DNA of 64,000 nt from an uncultured virus (IMG/VR IMGVR_UViG_2029527006_000008) (taxonomy: Duplodnaviria; Heunggongvirae; Uroviricota; Caudoviricetes): positions 1 to 64,000 of IMG/VR virus record IMGVR_UViG_2029527006_000008; one strand, given 5' to 3'. A program made the translations under genes and the position numbers. Of this stretch, positions 9,859-17,781 are shown piece after piece (the first letter of the stretch is position 1; each line of letters begins with the position of its first letter). Below the pieces are notes generated by a model. That model searched no databases. It worked only from the letters and a program-made list of their open reading frames with translations, and was not told the origin of the DNA.

Positions 9859-11388
9859 ATGTTAACTACTAAAACTTTAGCTATTGCCGAAGCGTTGGCT
9901 GTCAGTGTACCCAATGCAGACGTAATGGCCCAGGTAAGCCCGGTGGTGGTTGCCCTGGCAGATAACCTGGAAGGTGTCCTGCCGCTGCAGCCCGATACCT
10001 ACATGGCGCGTATTCCTGAGCTCAGTGCGACCTCTCCTGAGTACGGTGTGATCAGCGATGAAGTCACTACCGCGCTGGCGGAAAACCTGCGTGCTACGTT
10101 GGAACAGATTCGTGTGTACGGTCGCGGTGTCTCTGGCGCAATCAGCTCTGCGCTGAACCAAAGCGATCTGATGATCTCTAAAGCCAACCTGATGGCGAAG
10201 AACTTCCTGATGGGTTCGCTGGATCTTCAGTTTATCCGTACCGACCATCCGTTCTACAGTTCTCTGTTCTATCCGTTGAAAGCCCCGGTGCTGGCGCTGA
10301 GCTTTGAACAGGTTAGCGTTGACGAGCTGCGTAAAGTGCGCTTTGCTCGTTGGGAAGCCAATCAGATCCAAAGCTGGCTGAATATCGACAACCCGGAAAT
10401 CAACGAACTGTTGATGAGCTCTAACGTTGACGTGACTTCAGCCCTGACCGGTCTGGGTGAAGCGTGGGATCTGCCGTTTGAATTTGATCACGACAACAAC
10501 ACCATCAACTTCACCAAGCCGAAAATGAACTACGCCGAAACGCTGTTCATTCAATACATCCTGCTGAGCAAAATGGTTGCGGAAGATGCACCGTTTGAAG
10601 GTCTGGTTGCTGGCGGTCTGGAAGAGTATCGTTCGCACATCGGTTTCCTGCACGCTGCTTACCAGAAAGCACTGGTTGAACTGAAAGCCATGGTGTCGAC
10701 CCTGGTTACTCTGCCGATTCGTATCGTGGAAAACGGTGACGTAGCTCTGCGTGAAGCGACTCCGGTTGAAGGCAGCAAAATGTTCAAGCGCGTGCGCGCC
10801 AAAGCCACTGTGTATTACAACGCAGCCGGCCTGGATATGTGCATGAGCACAGGGATGAACTTCTCTGATGTGGCGGTTGCCTATTTCTACCGCAAGTACC
10901 TGAGCCTGGATCCGTCCATTGCCGCGGGTTACGTTAACGACATGGAAGGTGCTAAAAGCTATCTCGGAGATCTGACCTCTCAGGTTATTCAGGTAGCGCG
11001 TGATGCATCTGCTATTGTCTACAACAGCGTGGTTGCGCAGGCCCTGTTCAAGTTCATTGCCTCTTCTCCGGAGCTGGCAGAGCGTTTCTCTTCTGAAGGC
11101 GACACCGCATCCATCCAAATTGCAGTGGATAAATTCATGGGCGAGAAGAGCTACGGCAACCAGCTGTTCCACCTTCTGTCAGAAACCAAACTTTCTACAG
11201 AAGACGCGGTATTCAGCGCTGACCTGCCAACTGACTTCCTGCGCTTCATCGGTTGTCACGATGCCTGCTCGGTACTGGGCATGACCATTACCCTGGGCAA
11301 CATCGACGACTGCGAAGTGACGCGTCGCGAAAACCTGCATGTCGCGGTGATCAATCACTTCGTTAATAAACTCTTTACGGCGGAATAA
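9859..11388 (+). CDS. Putative virion head protein
   Basis: 509 aa, AAGGA RBS, strongly biased codons, located in the head/protease operon. Confidence 0.65.
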   Translation: MLTTKTLAIAEALAVSVPNADVMAQVSPVVVALADNLEGVLPLQPDTYMARIPELSATSPEYGVISDEVTTALAENLRATLEQIRVYGRGVSGAISSALNQSDLMISKANLMAKNFLMGSLDLQFIRTDHPFYSSLFYPLKAPVLALSFEQVSVDELRKVRFARWEANQIQSWLNIDNPEINELLMSSNVDVTSALTGLGEAWDLPFEFDHDNNTINFTKPKMNYAETLFIQYILLSKMVAEDAPFEGLVAGGLEEYRSHIGFLHAAYQKALVELKAMVSTLVTLPIRIVENGDVALREATPVEGSKMFKRVRAKATVYYNAAGLDMCMSTGMNFSDVAVAYFYRKYLSLDPSIAAGYVNDMEGAKSYLGDLTSQVIQVARDASAIVYNSVVAQALFKFIASSPELAERFSSEGDTASIQIAVDKFMGEKSYGNQLFHLLSETKLSTEDAVFSADLPTDFLRFIGCHDACSVLGMTITLGNIDDCEVTRRENLHVAVINHFVNKLFTAE

Positions 11389-11390
11389 TA

Positions 11391-12122
11391 ATGGATATAA
11401 CTGGACTGGTTAAGAATCCTGAGAAAGTTAAAAAGGCGTTGACTATCCTGGAGGACGGTTCGGTTATAGCCAACCGCAATTTGTTTATTCAGATCCCTCG
11501 TCGCTTTACTCAGAATGGGTTAGCCGAGATCACTGACTTTGTGACCACGGCGCCCGTGTTGGGCATTATCTTGCCTGACGACTGTTACTGCTGTTTCCTG
11601 TCGATGCTGAACATGAACTTATATCCCACGGATATGACGGACGTCAGCATCAATGGCGACAAGTACGTGCACATGGAGTTCTTTAAGGGTGACACGGTGT
11701 TTGAAAACGTCCGTAGCTCTATTGACCCCAACATGCCGTATTACTACTTCATGGAGTTTGTGAACTACGCCAAGATTCCGTGGTACATGGACTGGAAAGT
11801 TCACAGCACGCTGTTTGACTCCGCGTTAGCAGAACTGGGTAAAAAGGTAGGGGCGTCTCCGCAGGTCATGCGTACTCTTTTCTCGATCATCTATCGTGAC
11901 CCGGATGATTTAGAGAAGCCCTATCGTGGCAGCAAAGCCATGAAGGAGGGCAGGGACCCAGTGATCGTCGGCTTGAACAACCCAAGCATGTTGATCACTG
12001 ATAGCTTCTCCCGTTACATTGGCGGCTACTTAAACGATAACCTCCTGTCCAGCATCATCAAGCCAAGTGATAAAGTCACTGGACTGGATAAAATGATTAG
12101 GGGTATTCCAACCGATGAGTAA
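11391..12122 (+). CDS. Conserved virion protein, candidate accessory vRNAP subunit (phiKZ gp176-like)
   Basis: 243 aa immediately upstream of the prohead protease, the syntenic position of gp176-like genes. Confidence 0.55.
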   Translation: MDITGLVKNPEKVKKALTILEDGSVIANRNLFIQIPRRFTQNGLAEITDFVTTAPVLGIILPDDCYCCFLSMLNMNLYPTDMTDVSINGDKYVHMEFFKGDTVFENVRSSIDPNMPYYYFMEFVNYAKIPWYMDWKVHSTLFDSALAELGKKVGASPQVMRTLFSIIYRDPDDLEKPYRGSKAMKEGRDPVIVGLNNPSMLITDSFSRYIGGYLNDNLLSSIIKPSDKVTGLDKMIRGIPTDE

Positions 12123-13014
12123 CATCTTAACGCCTTCTCGTCAGTTGGTGAATCAACAAGGTCAAACTCTGACCTTTGAGAACACACTGCTGGCTGGAAG
12201 CGGAAAACGTGGGGTCTTGAGCCCTATGGATGATTCTGGTTACTACATGATGAATGCGGGTAAGTTAAACGCTCCGCTTCGTCTGGGTCATTCCTATCCC
12301 GTGAATGAATACATTATGGAGTGTATGGATCCCAATAGTGACCTGATGCGTCGTGTGGCACGTGGCGAAGTGTATGCCGAGCTCGGTCACCCGCAACCGT
12401 TCTACCTCGAGCGCGTCAACGGTATGGTGGTTCGTACACCGATCACTGAAGCGTTTGAATGGGTCATGCGTCTGCGTACCATTGTGATGGACAACGTGTG
12501 CTTGCACATTCGTCGTATTCACTTTGATATGCTGGGCGGTCGTTATGACCCGGTGATGATGCGTGCCGAGATCATTCCGTTTGGCACGCACAAGCAACTG
12601 GCTGAAGATAGCCTGAAGAATCCAGATATCAACACAGCGCTGAGCATGCGTACTGTGACCGCACCGCAGAAGATGGGCGATAAAACGCGCATGATTGAAT
12701 ACTTCTGCAACTTTGACCTGGTGTTTGAACCGGGTGCAGCGGAAGCGTGTAAACATCTCACGGCCGGTCTGGAAGATCTGTTGTCTGGTATGGGTAACAG
12801 CTTTGATCCTTCTACAGCGGGTTCCATTAGCTTTACCGTGGATACGCTGGTCGATGCTTGGGAAACGCACCGTAACAATCCTGACGTTGTGGCACGCTTT
12901 GCCGGTATGGAAAGCTTCAACGACATGGATAACGTGATTGCGACTATCAAGCGTAATAACAAAGGCAGCAAAGTTGTCAACACCGTTAACACCGGTTGCT
13001 TTAACCTGTTCTAA
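12115..13014 (+). CDS. Prohead (head maturation) serine protease, phiKZ gp175-like
   Basis: ELGHP (catalytic His) and ALSMR (catalytic Ser) motifs; C-terminal AGLE/AGME possible autocleavage sites. Confidence 0.85.
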   Translation: MSNILTPSRQLVNQQGQTLTFENTLLAGSGKRGVLSPMDDSGYYMMNAGKLNAPLRLGHSYPVNEYIMECMDPNSDLMRRVARGEVYAELGHPQPFYLERVNGMVVRTPITEAFEWVMRLRTIVMDNVCLHIRRIHFDMLGGRYDPVMMRAEIIPFGTHKQLAEDSLKNPDINTALSMRTVTAPQKMGDKTRMIEYFCNFDLVFEPGAAEACKHLTAGLEDLLSGMGNSFDPSTAGSISFTVDTLVDAWETHRNNPDVVARFAGMESFNDMDNVIATIKRNNKGSKVVNTVNTGCFNLF

Positions 13015-13020
13015 GAAACC

Positions 13021-13053
13021 AATTAAGTTGTGGCATCGCGCCACAACTTAATT
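13021..13053. terminator. Intrinsic terminator ending the vRNAP/head operon
   Basis: AATTAAGTTGTGGC-ATCGC-GCCACAACTTAATT inverted repeat followed by TTTT. Confidence 0.8.
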
Positions 13054-13083
13054 TTAAACGATTACAATAAAAAGTTTTATGAC

Positions 13084-13093
13084 TCTACATTAC
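13084..13093 (+). promoter_or_regulatory. Early (vRNAP-type) promoter motif
   Basis: TCTACATTAC; matches the recurring YCTAYATTAC intergenic motif (phiKZ early consensus TATATTAC). Confidence 0.7.
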
Positions 13094-13128
13094 TTGGGTG
13101 AATGAAACCACTTAATGTCGAGGTAAAC

Positions 13129-13506
13129 ATGAAACGACTATTAGCGTCAATACTGTTAGTGTGTCTTTCAGGCTCTTCTTTTGCCAACACCATATTCGAA
13201 TGCGAAACCGCTCGAGGTAAGGCAGTGTTGGAGAGAGTTCACGGTCGTTTAGTCTTTGATCTTCAAATGTCGACCTGCATGCTCGAAGCGGAAAAGCTTG
13301 AACCTATAGTTAATCGAGGACTGGGTTATGATAGCTGGGAATTACCGTTGGCAAATAATTCGCAACTGTGCTCCTATGCTATAGAGTTTGTCGACGATGG
13401 AACTATGCAACAATACTCTGTGGTGCAATACACTAATGGTCAAAGAACCGAAAGTATTTGCGAAAAAGATTCCGTCGAAGACCACGTCTTTGATAACCCC
13501 CAATGA
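13129..13506 (+). CDS. Secreted/periplasmic protein with Sec signal peptide
   Basis: GAGG RBS before ATG 13129; MKRLLASILLVCLSGSSFA signal; four Cys in the mature part. Confidence 0.75.
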   Translation: MKRLLASILLVCLSGSSFANTIFECETARGKAVLERVHGRLVFDLQMSTCMLEAEKLEPIVNRGLGYDSWELPLANNSQLCSYAIEFVDDGTMQQYSVVQYTNGQRTESICEKDSVEDHVFDNPQ

Positions 13507-13521
13507 TAAAAGGATATAACC

Positions 13522-14190
13522 ATGAACCTTCCACAACTTTCTGTGTCGAAACATCAAGAGCTGTATCAGATTACCCAGATTGGCGGCGCCATTGGGAACG
13601 AGAATCTGCTGCGTGCTATGTTTGATGAATCGCGGAAATTCTGGAATGCTGCTGTTGATGCCGCGTCAGGCGCACATCTGATCGAAGGCATCGTTATGAA
13701 TAACGAAGCAAAGGCAGCGGCTATTACGGACTACGCGTTACAGCTGAGCAACCTGTTCATCACCAGCCATTACCCAACAATGAGCCTGATGACCAAGCGC
13801 GCTTACAGCCTCAACACTGAGCACCGTAAAAGCGTGGTCTATCGCATGTCTGCGCTGCGTTTCAACAACAACGTTGAACTGTTCCGCGCGATCGTGGCGG
13901 ATCTGCTGTGTTTTGATCCGTTTGTTGTTTCTATGGCCCTCACTGATTCTAAAGAGGAAAAGACCCGGCTGCTGACTAAGTTCATTGCCAGCGCCAACGG
14001 TGATTACCTGGCGGAGGAAGATTGGAATCCAACGCATGAAGAACTCTTTGAGAACTTACTGACGATTGATTTCCATGAAAAGCGTGAGGAGCTGATTAAT
14101 GCATGCCTCCAGAACAGCATCGGAACCAACCACGGTGTCGAAATCTACCAGCTCCTCGAAGACGCAATCAAGTCCGTGTCAGGAAAGTAA
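13522..14190 (+). CDS. Hypothetical protein
   Basis: 222 aa, AAGGA RBS. Confidence 0.75.
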   Translation: MNLPQLSVSKHQELYQITQIGGAIGNENLLRAMFDESRKFWNAAVDAASGAHLIEGIVMNNEAKAAAITDYALQLSNLFITSHYPTMSLMTKRAYSLNTEHRKSVVYRMSALRFNNNVELFRAIVADLLCFDPFVVSMALTDSKEEKTRLLTKFIASANGDYLAEEDWNPTHEELFENLLTIDFHEKREELINACLQNSIGTNHGVEIYQLLEDAIKSVSGK

Positions 14191-14315
14191 TCGTCCGCTC
14201 ACCGATGAAGAGATCGCCTTGATGTTGCCTAGCACTTGTAAGCCGGGCAAGGTCAAGTCTTTCTTCTGCACCGTCGTAGAGATCTTCTGCATATTCTAAT
14301 ACAGTTTATCTCAGA

Positions 14316-14325
14316 TCTATATTAC
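14316..14325 (+). promoter_or_regulatory. Early promoter motif
   Basis: TCTATATTAC upstream of the 14368 gene. Confidence 0.75.
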
Positions 14326-14367
14326 TTGGATGAATAAACTTAGTTAATTTAATCAAGGGGTAGTAAA

Positions 14368-14796
14368 ATGCGTAAGTCTCTCTTTATCGGTCTGCTGTGT
14401 TCTTCTGTTTTCGTTGGTAACGTTATGGCCAAAGACCTGACGCTGTTCCAATGTAACTTTGAACAGGGCGGTAACGTAAAGGCCACGCGTGACGCACACA
14501 ACGTGAAGTTCATTATCACGACTGCGGACGGCAAGAAAGAAAAGGTAGTAAGCTCGCTTCAGGAAACTGGTGTGAGCAATGTGCCGGCTGTTGACGGTAC
14601 GGTGGTTGATGGTCTGGATATCCTCGAAGGGGATACTCAGTACTCTATCAGCTACCAGCACGGTAAGATGTTAGACCGCGCACAACTGTTGATTATGACT
14701 GACAATGAAGAGGGTGATACCTTTGATTGTGATATTAAGAAAACAGTAAACAATCTCGACGACGCCGCATCTACTGCTGGTATCTTCCGTCCGTAA
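14368..14796 (+). CDS. Secreted/periplasmic protein with signal peptide
   Basis: MRKSLFIGLLCSSVFVGNVMA signal; mature part TLFQC...TFDC. Confidence 0.75.
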   Translation: MRKSLFIGLLCSSVFVGNVMAKDLTLFQCNFEQGGNVKATRDAHNVKFIITTADGKKEKVVSSLQETGVSNVPAVDGTVVDGLDILEGDTQYSISYQHGKMLDRAQLLIMTDNEEGDTFDCDIKKTVNNLDDAASTAGIFRP

Positions 14797-14802
14797 ACAA
14801 GA

Positions 14803-14845
14803 ACACTTCTGCCTTCGGGCAGAGGTGTCTCTTTATTTATTTTTT
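14803..14845 (+). terminator. Intrinsic terminator
   Basis: ACACTTCTGCC-TTCG-GGCAGAGGTGT followed by a T-rich tract. Confidence 0.85.
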
Positions 14846-14891
14846 GTTGCAATACCCATTTATTACTAAGTGCCGCCAAAAATATTTCACA

Positions 14892-14901
14892 CCTATATTA
14901 C
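14892..14901 (+). promoter_or_regulatory. Early promoter motif
   Basis: CCTATATTAC preceded by TTTCA. Confidence 0.75.
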
Positions 14902-14985
14902 TTAACTGAAACAAGAACCCCAGTTCGAGGAGATGCATATGCTACTCCTTTCTTTAGTCCTTACTCAACGATAGGAAAATAAACG

Positions 14986-15432
14986 ATGTCTTCAATTGTA
15001 AACTTCGACGAAATGATGGAAGCCGGTATCACTAATCTGCTGGACACCGCAGAGGTTTCTGACGTTTCTGCTCACGCTACTTTTAACCTGCCGGCGGAAC
15101 TCTTCCCGGAAAACATCACACCGGCTACGCTGAAAGAGCACGTTGATTTTATCAACAACACCACGGCGCAGGTAAACGCAGCCACTGCTCAGCTCGGTCG
15201 CCAGGCTTATGAAGCCAACAACGACATCACCAACTTCGACGGCACGCTGAACCTGGGCGACGCAGTAACGATCAATGCTCAGCACATCATGAGCCAGGAT
15301 CTGGGTGATAGCCAGCTGTACGGCCAGACCACCGTCGCTGCTGACTTCGTTTTCTCTACTGAGCTGAACGAGTGGCAGGATCAGATGCAAGTTTCCAATG
15401 CGGAACTCGCAGCAAAATATTTCGGCGGTTAA
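14986..15432 (+). CDS. Hypothetical acidic protein, probably highly expressed
   Basis: 148 aa, AGGA RBS, optimal codons, own promoter and terminator. Confidence 0.8.
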   Translation: MSSIVNFDEMMEAGITNLLDTAEVSDVSAHATFNLPAELFPENITPATLKEHVDFINNTTAQVNAATAQLGRQAYEANNDITNFDGTLNLGDAVTINAQHIMSQDLGDSQLYGQTTVAADFVFSTELNEWQDQMQVSNAELAAKYFGG

Positions 15433-15447
15433 TCTAACCTGAAACAG

Positions 15448-15490
15448 ATAAGGTGGCTTCGGCCACCTTATTTGCGGGTATTTATTTTTT
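15448..15490 (+). terminator. Intrinsic terminator
   Basis: ATAAGGTGGC-TTCG-GCCACCTTAT followed by a T-rich tract. Confidence 0.8.
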
Positions 15491-15521
15491 CGTTTATATT
15501 TAGAATACATTTCATCTTAGA

Positions 15522-15531
15522 CCTATATTAC
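15522..15531 (+). promoter_or_regulatory. Early promoter motif
   Basis: CCTATATTAC. Confidence 0.75.
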
Positions 15532-15577
15532 CTAAGTAGATAAAGCGGTATATTTTCTACTTAATTAAGGGGTTTAT

Positions 15578-16063
15578 ATGTTAGAAGTTAAAGATCAAGC
15601 TCTGCTGGAAAACGACGTTTTGGATATCAGCATTCTGCCTGAAGAAAATGAACCAGGGCATTACGATGTGCTGATTGAAATGAAAAATGCCTACGTGATG
15701 TATAACACACTGACGCAGTGCATCTTCCTCATTTACAAAGCGATGTATGAAGGCGACACCAGAACTGATCTGGTTATGGAACTGCGTTATGGAAAGGGAT
15801 TAGCTTTCGATTCCGATAACAACTATCGCGGTTTCACCTTTGTTATTCAACCGAGTGTATTTACTCGCATGCGCAATGACCTGCTTACCTCGCTGGTTTC
15901 ATGCGCTGTTCGTCATTATGATCAAGAAGTGGGTTTGCCGGAAGAGTTTAAAAAGCACGCTGGTGAATTTCCTTTTGTTGATCTCCTGGAAGAGCAGGCA
16001 TTAGTCGTTACCGAACCTACCAATCACGACGTTGTTTTTGCTGCTCCACGTTTTACTCGTTAA
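15578..16063 (+). CDS. Hypothetical protein
   Basis: 161 aa, AAGGGG RBS. Confidence 0.75.
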   Translation: MLEVKDQALLENDVLDISILPEENEPGHYDVLIEMKNAYVMYNTLTQCIFLIYKAMYEGDTRTDLVMELRYGKGLAFDSDNNYRGFTFVIQPSVFTRMRNDLLTSLVSCAVRHYDQEVGLPEEFKKHAGEFPFVDLLEEQALVVTEPTNHDVVFAAPRFTR

Positions 16064-16077
16064 TAAGGATAATAATC

Positions 16078-16602
16078 ATGACTCACGATAATCTGATGAA
16101 TGTAGTGTTAGCTGCAGTCTACGCCGTACTGATCGCATTAGTGATCTACAAGCTCACCTGGAAACCGTTGAGCATCACTGTTGAACATTTCCCTACCTTT
16201 GTTCGACTGACCTACCAACACGGTTGGAAAACTCGTCGCGCTCAAGTTGCTGTTTCTGAGCGTGTGCACGCACCAACCATTAGTAAAAACTTCACCCACT
16301 TCACCTTCGTATTACCCATGACCATGAAATATGGTGATGCGATGCGCTGGCTGGAGAAAGTGGAAATTAGTGATATGTATGCAGACCACGGTCGTGACGC
16401 AATTGAACTGTTGCGCGCTATGGCTCTGTATTACTACACTCGCGACTTGGAGAAGTTCAAGCAGTTTGCTCCACGTTGCAACCATATGCGTGTTCTGAAA
16501 GCAATTCGTAAGAACCGTCATATGTTGAGGACGCTTTTGAAAAATGTAGCGAAGCCTGAGATGTCAGGTGTTCCTATTAAAGCTGCGCTGGTGCGTCGCT
16601 AA
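16078..16602 (+). CDS. Hypothetical membrane-anchored protein
   Basis: N-terminal hydrophobic helix VVLAAVYAVLIALVIY; AAGGA RBS. Confidence 0.75.
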   Translation: MTHDNLMNVVLAAVYAVLIALVIYKLTWKPLSITVEHFPTFVRLTYQHGWKTRRAQVAVSERVHAPTISKNFTHFTFVLPMTMKYGDAMRWLEKVEISDMYADHGRDAIELLRAMALYYYTRDLEKFKQFAPRCNHMRVLKAIRKNRHMLRTLLKNVAKPEMSGVPIKAALVRR

Positions 16603-16675
16603 TTGAAAGGTTCTGGGGCTCACCTAAGGAAACTTGGGTGAGCGTATCTTTTGGTAAATCACACAGGAGGTTGCT

Positions 16676-16750
16676 ATGACTATAGCAATGATCATCGGTG
16701 GTGTTGTGGTCGCTAAGACTGTTCACCACTTCATCGAAAAATATCTTTAA
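16676..16750 (+). CDS. 24-aa hydrophobic peptide
   Basis: AGGAGG RBS 5 nt before the ATG; MTIAMIIGGVVVAKTVHHFIEKYL. Confidence 0.55.
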   Translation: MTIAMIIGGVVVAKTVHHFIEKYL

Positions 16751-16809
16751 TCCATCATTGGAGTAAGAAAAGTGACTACTCAATGTTTTAATACATTTGG
16801 TCAACATAA

Positions 16810-16860
16810 ATAACTCTACTACCCTCGACGGGTAGTAGAGTTATATTATTTATTTTTTTT
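16810..16860. terminator. Bidirectional terminator between convergent units
   Basis: ATAACTCTACTACCC-TCGAC-GGGTAGTAGAGTTAT with A/T tracts on both sides. Confidence 0.85.
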
Positions 16861-16863
16861 GTC

Positions 16864-17763
16864 TTACGCGATGTAGTTAGGAGCAACTACTTTACGAGAC
16901 TCGGTCTGCATGTGCTCGATTACACCAGAATCTTTGATAGACTCCAGGATAGCCGTACGCTGCATGAACGCAGAAGGCGCCTGTACTGAACCTGGGTTGT
17001 ACCAGCTCAGACGAGACAGCATCTTACGCGCGATTTCACGAACGGCGTAGGTGTTGGATTCCACCAGGCCACGGAACGGCATGCTGATGTTACGCATTTG
17101 GCCCGCTTCGTTCTTGTCACGACGCATTTCGATTGCGATCTTGGTTTCCGGCATCATTCCCACGATCAACTGTGCAGAAGAGATGTCTTTACCATTACGC
17201 GTGGTATCGAAGTAGATGCAGCTTGCACCGATGTCATCCAGCAGGAGATCACCCGGATCACGCAGGATAACGGCGTTCGGCATGCCGGTGTCTGGGTTGA
17301 TCATACCCCAGTTGCCCCAGGCTTCGAACATGTAACGGAACGGTTCACCTTCGAGATCGTAGGTGTCGTGCGTTACCTGACCGAGAGTACGCGTTGCGCC
17401 AGACGGGAAGCTCAGACGGTGACCTGTCCAAGTAACGTCGGCGAATTCGAACTCAGTACGGTCGCTCAGACCTTCGAACTTCAGTGAGCGGTTCTCGAAG
17501 AAAGACTTACACATGGAGTGCAAGCGGTTTCCGCCGGGAAGACGACTGAAGATGTTCGGCGTAGACAGCACGATACACCAGCTCTGCTGCTGAATGTGCG
17601 GCTGCACATTCAGGTAGTCGAACACGTTGTGTGTCCAGCCACTGATGTCGCCAATGCCCGGGTTGATTACCGGGCGGTTCTGCAGACCCATCGCCTGAAC
17701 AAACGGATCGCTCTTACCAAGCAGCGTCTCGTTCTTGCGATGGATGTAGTTAGAATCTGCCAT
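16864..17763 (-). CDS. Tail tube protein (phiKZ gp30-like)
   Basis: 299 aa directly downstream of the sheath gene; optimal codons; synteny. Confidence 0.7.
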   Translation of the reverse strand: MADSNYIHRKNETLLGKSDPFVQAMGLQNRPVINPGIGDISGWTHNVFDYLNVQPHIQQQSWCIVLSTPNIFSRLPGGNRLHSMCKSFFENRSLKFEGLSDRTEFEFADVTWTGHRLSFPSGATRTLGQVTHDTYDLEGEPFRYMFEAWGNWGMINPDTGMPNAVILRDPGDLLLDDIGASCIYFDTTRNGKDISSAQLIVGMMPETKIAIEMRRDKNEAGQMRNISMPFRGLVESNTYAVREIARKMLSRLSWYNPGSVQAPSAFMQRTAILESIKDSGVIEHMQTESRKVVAPNYIA

Positions 17764-17781
17764 AACAGTTTCCCTTTATCC

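Noticed and set aside
14099..14299. 66-aa ORF or frameshift extension of the 13522 gene (…RPLTDEEIALMLPS…)
   Set aside because: No convincing RBS/start or slippery site; cannot be supported from the sequence alone
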